Notes: a model not told the origin generated them from the sequence alone. Numbered from the whole stretch's first letter, positions 32,135 to 45,374 are shown. The stretch is DNA of 63,706 nucleotides, filler included, from Klebsormidium nitens (GCA_000708835.1; 9 parts of 9 records of this genome joined end to end with filler, not necessarily neighbours in it), one strand, 5' to 3'. Program-made: numbers and translations.

Positions 32135-33300
32135 AAGAGAAGTTTTTGGAGAGAAGGAAGCCGCTTGTGAGGCGCTTCGTGTTCCTCTTAGGATGCATGG
32201 CTGCCATCAACGTGTGATGAGCATGAGCACCGGGCAACTACGATAAGACCCGATGACGAGTGAAACCCCACAATTCTAGTCCCCTACAAGGTGAATCTCA
32301 ACATGCGCCCCCGCCTTCAGTTCTGCCGCTTAGTTAGCACGATACCACTTCCGGGGCGCGTCTCTCACGCGTGGGGTACCCCTGGTAGCCGGTATTTGCA
32401 TCCCGGTATCCTCCTCTATCTCTTCCGGCTCTGCGCCTTCTTTGCACACAGTTTGAATTTTGCCTTCATTTGGCCCATTTGTTAAAGCGCGCGCGGCGGC
32501 CGCGTCGGCCTCGCGAAAGATTTTTGACTGTTGGTCCCTCCTGGGCCTCCGTGTAAACCAGTGCGTCGTGACCCTCCGCCGTCTACGAACCGTCCGTGAA
32601 GTCGGAGCCAAGCTTGACAACCCCGTCGCCCCCGATCCCTTCGTCAAAGATGACGTCCCGGATAAGGATGAACCTCCTGTCACGGTCCCGGAGCAACCTC
32701 TAAGCCTTCGTGTCCGGCTCGTATACCACGAACACACATCGCTCGCTCATTGGATCTGGCTTGCGCCTTGGCTCCTTGCGGACGTGGCGGAACACTTGGG
32801 CCCAAAGAACCCTTATATGCTCGAAATTTGGATTTTTATCGACGAACGCTTTGCAGGGGACTTCCCATGTGCGCTCACGGGCGCACGTTTCCGTGTGTAG
32901 TTCGCCGTCACCACGGCTCTGCCCACAATGTTTTGGGCAACCCCGAATCCTCAAGCATCGGCCAAGTCTTCTCAAGTTCCAATCCTGGTTAAGCCATTCT
33001 GCCTACCCGTTCTGCTCGGGAGTGTAAGGGGCGGTTGTCTCGTGAGCTATCCTTTGATACCACCTTGCCTCCAAAAACGTCTTCAAGGGCCTTGTTGACG
33101 TACCTACTGCTTCCCCCGGTCCGTCCACATCGACTTGAGTTTCTTCCGCGTTTGCAACTTCAACCGGCTGATCACGTGCCTAGTGACCTTCGCCACCTCG
33201 CTCTTTTGCTTCATGGGAACCACAACCAAGTGTTTGCTGTAGTCGTCTAAGAACGTGGCAATGCACCGGCTTCCCCTTACCGATGCTACCGGCATTTGCA
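32135..33300 (-). mobile_element. Degenerate Ty1/copia retrotransposon fragment: integrase, PPT and start of 3' LTR; RT/RNase H absent
   Basis: MPVAS..G...IATFLDDYS, TDRG, LPKTLWAE, RRK.DPMSERCVFV.YEP..KA, RDVIFDE, YPTRERRAP..WY.AN, then aaggcgggggcgca|TGTTG at 32303 running into the gap. Confidence 0.88.
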
Positions 33301-33940
33301 CGCAGAATTCCAATCTTATGATAATCAGGATCCATATCTGACATGCCTCGTGACATCTGTAGGTCAAACTCGTCGATGCAAAATGTTGGTGTTAAGGGAG
33401 AAAGCCAACACGAAAGATTGACAACAACCGGGTTTGATCAAAAAACAAAAGCCGACCGACATATGGCAAGTAAATGGCATCATTTTACTTTTGCCCCATG
33501 AACGGGCGATTCACTTTTCACCTTTAAAAACTTTACTGAAATCATATTCGCCGTATGACTCGCCGGCGGTATATGGAATTAATTGCTGCGCTCGACTCTA
33601 ACAGACAACGAGTACATTATTGCGACCATAAAACCAATTCCAAGTTGCTCGGTCATTTAGAAGTATGCTCACAGCAACAACAAAGCAACAAGAAGGAACT
33701 TCACATATGAACCTATATACATTGATCGAAATTGGATGATATGTGGAACATCGTCTTGAAGTCCAAGTATGGCGATACAACGAGATTCTCGTTTGGAGAA
33801 CAGGTACCGTCGCTCATCACCCGTGCCACGGTCCCCGAGAGGTGTCGCCCCACTGTACGCAAGCTCGGCTGGGGAATCGTGGCGACCAGTAGGGGCTAAG
33901 GTGGCGACAGAAACGCGGCGGTAAAAACCTACATGCACGT

Positions 33941-34220
33941 TGTTGAAATCACACGCTCATGCTTGGAGCCTACGAGAAATTTAACCACCTTCACACACAA
34001 GCGCCTTCACAAACGGAGCGCCCTCAATTTCACCAAGCATCTCTTAGTATGAATATCAATCACATGACAATGGTTCAGGTCAAGTCTAATCCCGTAGCTA
34101 GGTCTACTCCACCTTAGTCCAAGTCCACCATATCCCTTAGATGCGTCTGGACCCTACTAACGTCTAGACTTGCGGCTTCATAATACGAGCGGACAGCCAT
34201 CCGTAGATGTCTGTCCAACA
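33941..34220. mobile_element. Possible solo/remnant LTR (280 bp)
   Basis: Bounded by TGTTG...CAACA; no target-site duplication or PBS seen. Confidence 0.3.
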
Positions 34221-34589
34221 CTCCGTCGACAGAACTGCAAAGCGGACGCTGTCCTTTGACGATCCGCTGAACGTCCCCGTCACCTCAGCCTTCAGTTTGC
34301 GCCGCTCGCAGTTGCCCGGAAACAGACTTCGATCCTGCTCGATCTAAGTTTAAAACCAGCTCACAATATGCACGTTTCTTCCCATCTCTCAGCCTGCAAC
34401 TCACTCATTCTTTTCAAGTTGAAGGAGCCGGTGGGCTTCAACTTCCTCACACTTTATTGAGGTGGCCTTCGGCCGTAATTCACGCAGCCAGCCCGTGGGT
34501 GCAATTGACGGCCTAGCTTCACTCACTCCAACCAACTACCATCGAACGGTCCACACAAATACGGTCTTAATCTCTTGCATCTACCTTTC

Positions 34590-35633
34590 CCAGGTTCTTA
34601 ACCTCCCAAATTCTTCCAAATTTGTTTGGTCAAGTTCATCTGCCAAGTACTTGGGCTATTTGGTCTCAATCTATTTCAATCCCTTTTTTCTTAATCCATT
34701 AAGCACTCAAGTTCGTTTATCTTAATCTGCCAAGCACTTAGCTCCTTTTATCTGAATCTATCAAACACTCTATCCTTTTCATGGTAATCTGCCAAGCCCT
34801 CAATCCCTTCTCTTATAATCTGCCAAGTCTTCAACTTCTTTCATTTTACGGTGCCAAGCCCTCATTCTCTTTCATCTCAATATTACAAGTAGTTATTCTC
34901 TTTTTGTTCATGTCCACATTTTGGCCGTCAACCAACCTTCATCTCAACACACGTCGGCTATCATACTGCGGAGGTTCGCTGTAATCTCCGTTGCCACGAC
35001 CTCCCTGAAACCCAAAGTTGCGGACGCTAGAGTTGTGGCCCTAAGAATCTTGCCTTTCGAAACTCCTGCCACCATCAAGGACTAACCAACGGCGACCAAT
35101 AAAACCTACCTCAATCAGGCGGTTGCGCTACCGAGCGCGCTCACCTTCCTCCTCCTCAGCCTTTCCGCGCTCCTTCTGGTTCTATTGCAAGGCGCCCGCG
35201 CTTGCGATCAAGCCAATCAAGTCGGCAAAGACGTACGCCTGCTACACATGTCGTGGTTCCACTGTGACCCATGAACATTGCGGCATGTCTTCATGCTATC
35301 CTAGTGGTCCCAAAGAAGCTTCTTCTCGCTGGCATGAAGGCCTCCATTTGGAAATACTCTTCCCTAGCCTCCTAACGTTGCTACTTTAAAGCGCTCCTAT
35401 TCAGCGACAAGAGGCGGATTAACCTTGTTCTTTTCCGAAGCAAAAATAAGGCCACACGAGCGCTCGTTGCGCTCGCTACATGCTTCTATGGACTCTTCGG
35501 TTTCCTTCAACTTCATCAGTTCCGCCTTGTTTATGTATATTTGGGCGTGGCGGTTTGCAGCAATTTGTTCAACTGCTGAGCCGAACGGGACAGCCGATTC
35601 GAACGGGGGAACTAAAAATTCCGTCGCTTGCAC
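34590..35633 (-). pseudogene. Long decayed ORF, possibly ending in RNI-like LRR remnants
   Basis: Reading continues through in-frame TAGs at 35399, 35366 and 35303 and, after a shift, 35184, 35130 and 35043. Repeated CTTGGCAGAT units encode GAKCLAD/AKYLADEL-like pieces at 34600-34870. Confidence 0.45.
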
Positions 35634-36058
35634 AGCGCGCCTAGTGTCATGCGGTCTTATGTCGGTGCGATATCATGTCGGTGAACAGACTGCCGCGCTC
35701 AGGCTAACGGCGAAAATGAAAAAGATACGATCTTTCCAGGTCACTCATATGGCATGCACACATCATCCATGATCCCACAAGAAAGCTTGGCACAGGCTGA
35801 AACAAGTAGTGGAGCGTGAAGTCGATGGTAATACTGGCTGAGTTAGGACAGTGTCAAGAGTGTGGCGACTCTATCGCTGGAATGTGGTATTCGGACCTAA
35901 CTCGCGCNNNNNNNNNNNNNNNNNNNNNNNNNNNNNNNNNNNNNNNNNNNNTTAATTAATTAANNNNNNNNNNNNNNNNNNNNNNNNNNNNNNNNNNNNN
36001 NNNNNNNATTTTAAAACGTTTTGGTTGTTTTGCTGTTTTTAAAACAGGGATATTTTGA

Positions 36059-36115
36059 GCCTCATCCTGGACGCCTCATCCTGGAGGACGCCTCATCCTG
36101 GAGCCTCATCCTGGA
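36059..36115. repeat. Four copies of gcctcatcctgga
   Basis: Direct reading of the sequence. Confidence 0.9.
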
Positions 36116-36534
36116 CATGTCTTGCGGCCGTTTTGGTTGTTTTATTCTGTTTCAAAGTGGTTTTAAAATCGAAGGGGGGGTCCATTTTCAAAAATAAGGG
36201 GTGTTTTAGGCACCTCTCGACGAGCTCTATCCGTTGGTTATGAATAAAACCTTAGCGCTAATCATTTTATGCGGTTTTGAAAAAATAAGATGAATAAAAC
36301 ACAAGGTGTTTTAAAACTTGAGTTGCCACCTCGTGATACAATAAGAGAAACGGATACAGTCACACTTACAGTTCTGATTACGGTTACTGTCACACTCAAA
36401 ACTCCGACATGACTCTGGATATTTAATTTAATAGTAGCAACTCTAGCAGAGTGTACAGCCATGGTTAAATAATAAAACGGCACAGACAGAGTTACAGAGA
36501 CCAAGTTCACTCAACAGTTACACTTACAGGAATA

Positions 36535-36594
36535 CAGTTACAGTTACAGTTACAGTTACAGTTACAGTTACAGTTACCGTTACAGTTACAGTTT
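36535..36594. repeat. (CAGTTA)n microsatellite with decayed flanking copies from about 36350
   Basis: About 10 near-perfect hexamer units. Confidence 0.9.
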
Positions 36595-37330
36595 AATACA
36601 GTTGCAGTTATCTGCTTACAATCTAAACCTTACTAGGTTGAGGTTCATTACGTTAATGCAGAGCTCGGTTCTTCATCGCGGGGGTGCCGCGGACGGAAAA
36701 CGAGACACAGGGTCCAGGCAATCTATTTAAGTTCCAATGCTCCGGTCAAAATCGTCCGACAAATCGACGGGCCTGAATTGTCGGGCCTGGATCATGCGGG
36801 CCTGGATTGGTACTCTCCCGCGCACTAGTTAGTAGTAACTGCTTGGACAGCCTGCATTATGCATGCCGAGTAAGGTTAGGAGAACTAATAGGACTCTGGG
36901 AGCCAGGAACTTCGACTTGTCTCGATTTCATGTTGACTAAGGCCATGTTGGCTAAGGAAGGTGCCCGGTGGACGGGTAGGGTTGGTTTGGGGGTTAGGGT
37001 GGGCATGGGTGCGGACTCCGGAGGGCACGGCTATCTCAGATGTCCATGGTAACCCACCATAACCAGACCTCCCCAGACAAGCCGGTTTGTTGATAAACCG
37101 GTCTATCGGCGCTGCCCAAACTCGCGGAATTAACTTCGAGGTTATAAGTTCCGCGAACTGTTCGCCCATCAAAGGGCTAAAATGAAGGAGTATCGGAGTA
37201 GGTCCTAAGGTTGACCGGTTTGGGTTCCAGGCAGGGAACAGAAAAAGAATTGCAGACTCAGCATGGCTCAGCTACAACGATTGATTGCCTGATGTCGACA
37301 TATCGAGGCAGTGTGCACTGTGAAATACCG

Positions 37331-38562
37331 GTAGTACCAGGGATTCCCATAGGCGGGCTTCTCAGCCGGTTGGAGAGGAGGACCAGCCGGTGCCGAAGGC
37401 ACCCTGCCGGCTCGGTTGCCGGCTTGCAGCCGGTAGAAATCATACCCCACCGGCTGAAGGTTATACCAAATGCATAAAATTGATAGTTTTCGACGATAAA
37501 CAGAAGTCGAAAACAGAGGTTTTCTGCTAACAAGCACTGTAACCTAACCCGATATGCGGCTTTAAGAAGCCGCATCCTCGCGACAGCTCTTTCAATCTGT
37601 CGCTCTGCATCAAAGTCACAGCGCAAGGAGGGCGGCGCCTCCTTGCTGTACCTGCTTCCCCCCCCGCGGCCGGCGGCCGCTCCCACCCGTTCTCGGTACG
37701 TTGTTTTCCTCTTACGCCTCTGTTCAGCTCCCGTTTCCTACAGTGATCGACGTCACGGTGCTGCCCATCATCTGTACGTTCGTCCTCTTCGCGTCCCCGT
37801 TCCGGCCCTGGCGTTCTAGCTTCGCGTACCACTGGCGGTCTGGTGGCGTTCCGGCGGCGGCGAGCATTCCGGCGGCGGGCGTTCCGGCGGCGGCGTCCCG
37901 GCGGATTGGCGCGTCTCCCCTCGGCGGCTCCACTTGGCGTCGCCCCAGACGTAGTTGCAGTCACCTAGTTTTCGCTAGTCCACTTCTCGTAGTTGGCACA
38001 GACTTTTTGCTAGGCCCTGACTTCGTGATTCGCAGTTAGACTTTTGCGTCCATAGTTTTCGTTCATACCGCTTTCGTTAGCGTTTCAGGTAGCGTCGCTT
38101 GTCGCTAAGTAGACTTCTACAGACAATTAGCGACTTGCTCAAAACATGACCGGTCCGCTTTATGAAGCATTTGGGCCGGCCATGCGGATCAGACGCTGCC
38201 CACCCGGGTACGTTCTGTGACGCACGCTGCACGAGCCGACTACGCCTAACTTCGTGCACACTCATTGCGTCACTCTCTGCGGTGCACCACCGTGCACCGC
38301 AGCTCGTATGTGCAAGTGCTTGTGTATAGCAGAAAACCAGGCTATACTATTGTCATTTTTCCCCTGTCAATGATTCAAACCGCCCAGGAAGGCTCATTCT
38401 GAAAGCTTTGAGGGCACCGGGCTGGCACAGATAGAAGGATGTCGGCTGCCGGCTTGAAGGCCGTGAGACGGTTCGGGCCGGTAGATCTCACCAAGTGCCG
38501 GCTCAATGACTGGCTGCCGAAAAATCCATGGGAAACCCTGGGTAGTACAGTACGTACTACCC
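37331..38562. mobile_element. Possible non-autonomous TIR element
   Basis: Left gtagtaccagggattcccatagg versus reverse complement of right end gtactacccagggtttcccatgg; CCGGC-rich subterminal regions at both ends; no clear TSD. Confidence 0.35.
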
Positions 38563-39556
38563 TACGTATGATTGGATAACAGAACAAGCTGAAGGTGCTG
38601 GTCAGCTCTTCCAGCTAGATGATTGCGCTCAGAAAGTCAGGGCTGGGGGAGGGCTGGGAATCTGGGATACATTTTCAGGCAAGACCGGCGCCAAGACAAC
38701 CAGGGAAAAACGGATCTAACAGAGCGTCTCAGCGGCTCTTAATTGAAGGGGGTTCGAATACCTATCCTGCCAGTCTAACGTCATGAGCAGCTAAATCCGC
38801 AGCCACCTGAGCCACTGAGGGATACGTTAAATTAGGGTGCGGGAGATGAGACCGTTAGCGCCAGTTTTTCCTGGTCTCCAGTATGGCTCAGCTCTGCTGG
38901 CGGCTGCGGGGGCGACTTGACAAGCTCAGGGGGGTGAAGCTCCGAGCCTTGAGCTTGGTCTTCCTCATTGCTGCAAGCTCCTTCCACCGCGCATTGGCGC
39001 AGGATTAGTGCTCAAGGAGTGGAAACCGTGGATTTCCAAGGGATTGTGGGGAAGGAACTTGCTGCAACGATGTGGAGTTCTCGGGAATTCCAGGTAAGAG
39101 AAAACGATGCTCTTTAAACTCGTTCTACAACATGTCTTAAGACAGCCCTCTTGAAAGCAAGGAAGTGTGCGGACGCATGAAATGTACGTGTGCCCATAAT
39201 GCTTGACAGTTACATCATCTTCTACACTATCATTTCAATATTGAGCCAGCTATATCACGCTAAATTGTGGCCTTAGCTGTTGGGTTGCAAACCGGGTCTC
39301 TTTGGAAAATGCGTGTACCGGCTACCCCTCTTTAGGCTTGCTTTGACAGACTGACAGGCAGCCTCTGCTTTATAGCTTTAATCTTTGCGAGGTATCCTTG
39401 CCTAGTCTTGAACAGGCTGGTAAAGTGGCAGCTTGTTATTTGATGTGCCATAAGAGGGGAAACAGTACTCAGCAAAACTAGCTTCACTTGTGAGCTGGAA
39501 AAGCAGCCACCCTCCCGCTTGGATATTGAATAACATTGAACCCTTGCATGCTCCAG

Positions 39557-42168
39557 GATATTGTGGAACCCCCTGCGGCACCGAGTGCTGCGCTGCTTCT
39601 CTGAACTTCGCATGCAGCGGCAATGCAGCTACATGTGGAGCAGGTGAGGAACGCCACACAGGAAAGAGACGAAGGCCTCTAGGAGATGTTACAACAGTCA
39701 GCATTGTCACTGAAGCAATGTCCCATGCTTCAAGCTCTTGCGTTTCCATGTTCTGGCTAGCTTCTACTTTAAACACCTCTTTGGCCAACCCTGTATGGTT
39801 AATTTTGCCTTCTGACTCTTTGCTGGAAGGATTACACGCCGTTCTACTCTTGTGGGTAAACAGTCTCCTAGCAAATGGACTACTAGTAGAGCGACCTTCA
39901 TTCATATTCTGCTGCTGTGACGAGAATCCAGAAAGGCGCTATCATCTTGACTTCAGGAGTCTACTAGCACACTGATTCTTGCTTTTGATGCGCAGGCTGG
40001 TGGTTCAATAGTAATGGCCAAAAAGCATTTTTGACATTCAATTCTGTTGTCCGAAGCCAGCTCTTCTTCTTTTGCAGGGTCAGCCGGCACAGAAGATCCC
40101 CACTTTCAGCTCACCGGGCTTCCAGATGACCAAGAGTTCACATGGGACTTTCATGGCAAAGGCAACGAAAGCTACTGCATGGTTTCAGATACCTTCTTAG
40201 GCGTAAGTCTCCTTTGGAGTGATTGGCCCGGGCTGTGATGTAAATTCTTCGCGTGGTTTCATGCAGAAGGACCCGTTGCTTGGTGTAGGGGTGAAGAAGT
40301 CAGGAAACGTGGATTGTCAATCAATACGTCTAGATCTCACCTAAGCAGGGAACTACAAGTCAAGCAAGAATCAGCATGTGAGCAGCCTGCTTATAGCGTC
40401 TGAGCACACAGTCCCCTTTTGTCTGGAAGCCCTTGAGAGGTACCAATAACATTTAGTAAGAGCAGATGTTTGGCGTGCAAAGTAACGCCTGGTCAAATCT
40501 TCCAGTTTTGGTTGACTCTATAAAGGTGCCTGCGCATGCATGGCTGGCCATCAAGAAGGTCAAACCTGTGAAGCTAACAATCTACTTTTGGCCCATTCTG
40601 AGATTCTGCACCAGCTCTCATATGGTGCCATCTGCCCCCTTTGCAGATGAACGTCCATATGTTCGGTATGCCAACTGACGTCTCCATTCTTGAGCAAAGG
40701 GCAGAAGCTGACAACGACTTCTTTGAAGGCACCTGGATGGATGCAATCGGGGTCATGTATTTCGACGAGCACGGAGAGAAGCAGAGCCTGGAGATCCTGC
40801 TCAATCACACGCAAGCCCGCGCATCTCAGGGAGACCCTTACATCATCCGTTTCCTTGCCAATGATGCTGCAATGGACCCGGTGAATTTCTACTCTTTCAG
40901 TCAAGGCTAGTCTTATTATAGTTCTAGGTACTTGAGTCGGATACCTAGTCCAGCATGCGTTGTTCTTGTTTTTTGTCTAAGTTGAATCAATGTTGATCTG
41001 CATGCTCAGCTTTGCTCAGCACTGTTCCTTAGTTCCTGTCGACCGAGCGCTGATTGTTGTCTATTGCTAGAGGATTGTCATTTTAGGAGCAGCTGATGGA
41101 CTCAGCAGAGCAACTCGAGTGCAGACTCTCTGAATATACAAGTCTTTGCCAGGATTACCAGGCTTTTCAATGCCAAGGCCAGAATAAGAATTAGCGTGAC
41201 CCAGAGATAGCGGTGCATGTGAGCCTGATGTTTCTCCTCCTTATTGTAAAGTTCTATCGGGCCATTGGTTTGTCATGCCCCTGAGCTTGCTCACAAGGAG
41301 TCAACGTCGCTCATTCCCTCCTTATCTTTCCTTGCAGTTTAGTGAGGGTGAAGTCACTTGGACAAGTGCTGACAAGAGCATCACCGCAACTCGTCTTTCC
41401 AACCACTTTCTCTCAATTTCCATCCCCGGTCTCCTTTCTTTGGAGGTCAAGGTGGAAAAAGAGACGGAGCTCATCACCGAGCCTCCAATATACTTCCTCA
41501 ACTTTGAGATCAAGACAATTGCCACGACTCCCAAAGTTCATGGAGTAAGTGATCTTATAATGCAACTGCTGACCTGGGCAGAACGCATGCCATCTTTCAA
41601 AACTGCCTGAATACGAAGTCCCGGCCGTTGTCGTTCCAACTGCTTGGATATAGACAAGTTTCTGCAATCAATGTTAACGGCTCTGACCTTAGATGTGACT
41701 CATTGCGAACCGTATCAATTAAAAGCAGAAAGGGGGTCTAGGCAGATCACTTGGCCCTTTAGTTCATTGTGCACGGGTTTCGTTTTGCAACGTAGTTCTA
41801 CATTCATTCTGTTTGATCAGGAAACGAAATTTCACCCGGTCCCACGCAAACCTGACCTCTACGAGAGAGGCCAGCTTTAACCAATACTTGGATTCCTCTG
41901 GCTGGAACGTCCTTTGCTGATATGTTTTCTCTCAGCAAACCCTGATCAGATCACTTTTGATGAGCGTGGGCTCCGCTTCGGCTGAGTTTCTCTCTTCCTC
42001 GATCTGCAGTTTCTGGGGCAGATGTATGCGCCGGGGGCTGTAGAGAAGCGCCTGAACATGGGTACTCTCGACGGCTTCCATCACCGCGAGTACGTGGAAG
42101 GATCTGACGAGGATTACCTGACGTCTAACCTAAGCGGGACTGATTGCTCCTTCAACCGCTTTGGGATG
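39557..42168 (+). CDS. Spliced root-cap/LEA-related (VWD-like) extracellular protein; first and last exons unresolved
   Basis: In-phase GT-AG exons 39557-39643, 40078-40202, 40647-40880, 41338-41544 and 42010-42168 give EDPHF...FHGKGNESYCMVSD..LG|MNVHMFG...TWMDAIGV...FLNFEI...VHG|FLGQMY...DYLTSNLSGTDCSFNRF. Confidence 0.8.
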
Positions 42169-43232
42169 GTGCGTGCTTCTCGCTCCGATTTCTCTTTTTG
42201 TTTCTTTTAATGTTGTAGGGGCTTATGAGACAAGTACGTTTTTGCTCGTGCTCCGTGTCTCTACCCGTATCTGGACGTGGGCCTTAGTTGGCGTGACTGC
42301 TTGCCCAGGCAAGCCTGAGCGTTGTTGAAAGGTAGAAAGCTGCAAAACCTCCCGTTCCAAAACGAACCTGCAAGTACTATGAGCCGTTGAAGGGCTTCAG
42401 GTTAGCCTCCTTTCTCGAAACATGTCGTGTTTCTTATGTTCTTTTGTGAAGCGGCAGCTGCACATGCGCGACAAGCTTGCATATCTGGTGCCGCCTGGGT
42501 GCTTTCGCCATTAGCATTGACAGCAGTTCTCCTTCGGTTTCGAGCTCATTCAATCCGACATGACTTTGGACTTTGCTCAAATTTTCCGCTTACATATAAG
42601 CATGCGCTTCGTCTGCTATTGTTTGCTTACTAACTTGCTCATCCTTTCTGGAATGGTCCCCATCATGCTCGAGATTACTCTGTGCACTGGCAAGCCCGCA
42701 AGCCTCGTCGGCCAGTATCGACTTATATCGGTAGTTGAGCTGGTTCTGTTCGGACCCCTCAGCTTCTTTCCGTGTTCCTGACACTCAAAGCTTCGGACCA
42801 TTGGTTTCCGAGCCAGCTTTGGGCACGCTAGAAATTGCTCCATATCACCAGACGATTGTCATGGCCGGGTCCAATTCTAATTAATTACCCGTCCATGTGC
42901 ATTAGTACGGTTTATCCAATGTTGACCCTTGCCTATTTCAGACTGCCAACTTGCATCCTTGAAGCGCACGTCTGATCTGCGTCTGACCAAGTTTTTGTGT
43001 TGAATACAGATCTCTGGAGGTCGCGAAATCCAAAGTTTCTGCTCTCTTCATGGTTAACTCAACCTAGTCTTTCCTCGACCTAGGCATCCGCTCCCGACAT
43101 CTTTGGCTCCAATCTAATATTCTCTCTTTTCCACTCCCGAACCCCAGATTACAAAGCGTACTGGCTTTAGGCCCACAAGTCCTCCACTTTTAAACCGTCT
43201 CCAAATCGTCTCGCCCGCTTCTACATACGCAG

Positions 43233-44036
43233 GGCGTCAACAACGCGACGAAGAGCGATATTGCGCTGAGCGCCTTCCTGTCCACCTCCCAGAGCTCCGG
43301 GACTCCGGGTCGGCGACTCCTCCAAGCTACAACTACTCGGGAGTCGCGCGGCCTTCTCCAAGCCATGACCGGGGAATCGCAGTGCGAGTGCTTTTACACC
43401 TGCGACGGGTCCACCCCGTGCTCCGAGACGTGCTGCAACGGAGTGTGCACTGACGTCAACACCGACCCGAACAACTGCGGTGACACGTGTACGACATGCA
43501 GCTTCGACAACGCGGCTGCATTCTGCCTGGATGGCGTCTGCACTTTAGGCGCGTGCAATGAAGGCTACTATGATTGCAACGGGGACTCCTCGGACGGCTG
43601 CGAGACGGATGTGTTCAACGACCCCGGTCACTGCGGCAGCTGCTTCAATGGAGACTGCAGTAATTTCATCATGCACGCGATGCCAACGTGCTCCAACGCT
43701 TTCTGTGACTACTCCGGCAATTGTGACTCCGGCTACGGAGATTGTGACGGGAGTCGGGGTAACGGGTGCGAGATGTACCTGGATGGGAGTATCAACAACT
43801 GTGGCACCTGCGGTACTGTTTGCAACAGCAATAACGGCCTACCATCGTGCGTCGTAGGGAGTTGTACCATTGAGTGTGACGAGGGCATCTATGGCAACTG
43901 CGACAACGACGTCACAAACGGTTGCGAGACCTTCCTGTTTTTCGGTGACCCGACCAATTGTGGCGGCTGCGGAGTCCATTGCGAGCCAGAGACACCGCAA
44001 TGTGTCTTTGGAATATGCCAGGCACCATTCGACTAG
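43233..44036 (+). CDS. Terminal exon of a secreted Cys-rich repeat protein (STIG1-like / DCD..NGCE...NCG.C repeats)
   Basis: Acceptor catacgcag|ggc, RRLLQ motif, then DPNNCG, DCNGDSSDGCE...DPGHCGSC, DCDGSRGNGCE...NNCGTCG and NCDNDVTNGCE...DPTNCGGCG. Confidence 0.85.
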   Translation, partial: GVNNATKSDIALSAFLSTSQSSGTPGRRLLQATTTRESRGLLQAMTGESQCECFYTCDGSTPCSETCCNGVCTDVNTDPNNCGDTCTTCSFDNAAAFCLDGVCTLGACNEGYYDCNGDSSDGCETDVFNDPGHCGSCFNGDCSNFIMHAMPTCSNAFCDYSGNCDSGYGDCDGSRGNGCEMYLDGSINNCGTCGTVCNSNNGLPSCVVGSCTIECDEGIYGNCDNDVTNGCETFLFFGDPTNCGGCGVHCEPETPQCVFGICQAPFD

Positions 44037-45374
44037 GTTGTATCGGACCTAGACGTAGCGTGTGGCTTCAGACTGGTAGGTGGGCTGCGCCCCACCTGCG
44101 CGCTGTGATAGGTTCTGCGGTGTTTAAAGTTGTGCCTATTGAATGTGCTGTAGCAAAGTTGCTGGATCTGGACGGTCGGACCGAATTAGCTAAGCCGGCT
44201 TCTCGTGAAAAAGTGAAAGTTGGACTGAAACGAACTAAAAGTGACCGTTGGCAACAAATAAACATTCAACATGGCAATGAATCTGGTCCGACGTAGTTTG
44301 TAACGTCTAAATTGCAAGTTTGCACACGTTTGAACTGAATACAAACTTGCTCCATCAATGTTTACACAACGGTCATGCTCGGACCAAAGGACGGTGATAT
44401 CACATGCATATGCAATTTCGTCACTGATTGAGTAGGTATTGATCTGCGCACGAGCGGCGCGCGGTCACGTGCACTCAGTGTTGAAGTAAACTTCGTTTCT
44501 CAGCACGCCGAAGTTGAGAGATCGTTATGTGAACAACATGATATTCAATGATTGATCGCACGCTGTATGGGGAATTTCTAAGATTTGAAATGTAAGCTAA
44601 TTTCTATACAAGCTTTGTATACGGTGCTAGCTAATGTGACATTTGTATATAAAGGGTGTAAATCCCAAATACGTGACATACTAGCTTGCATCCAACGCGA
44701 AGAAGTTATGCGTACCATATAGGCGGCCACACCACATTCCGGCCAACGTCAAATTGATTTAGGTCATGCGATTTGTATAGCATGACGGGCGGCCGCCACC
44801 GTCACGAACTTAGTACGTTGCTCGAGAAGTCGCGACTCGGCCCGGGTCCTATTCATGCATCGATCAATCTAGATTCCGCAACTTCCACCAATTTATCATT
44901 GCATGGCCAGGCACTTATGAGCTCGATATACGCCGATCTTGAGTTTCACAATGTTTAGCAAGCCTGCTGTGCATGCACTGAGTATTGACTGCACCGTGAC
45001 TGAGTCACTAGCTGTAGCCTAGTAAACCATAGCTTGCATGGCTTCACATTAATTGCGCTTCTGTGCCTGAGCGAGTTTAAGTCTAGTAAACAACTCGAGA
45101 CGGTATGTCGGACATGAACTTTCGGAAGATGAGTGCCGAGTCTGATAAATGTTCGACAATTAGAACATGCCATGATGCGTAGTCTGGCCGCGTAATCTCA
45201 GGCTAGCAGATAGCAGAGGCAATGTACGCACCGCGGCAACACAACCACCCTGGTGGCAAGCTAGTAACTCCTTGATCGAGTATAATATCAGCATGTCTTG
45301 TTGGTCTTGAAGTGGGAATCGACATTTTTAAGACCACGTTCACTAATACGGGTGCCGCAATCATCGCTCCTAAC

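Noticed and set aside
36974-37009. Telomeric array
   Set aside because: Only one TTAGGG-like unit within irregular G tracts.
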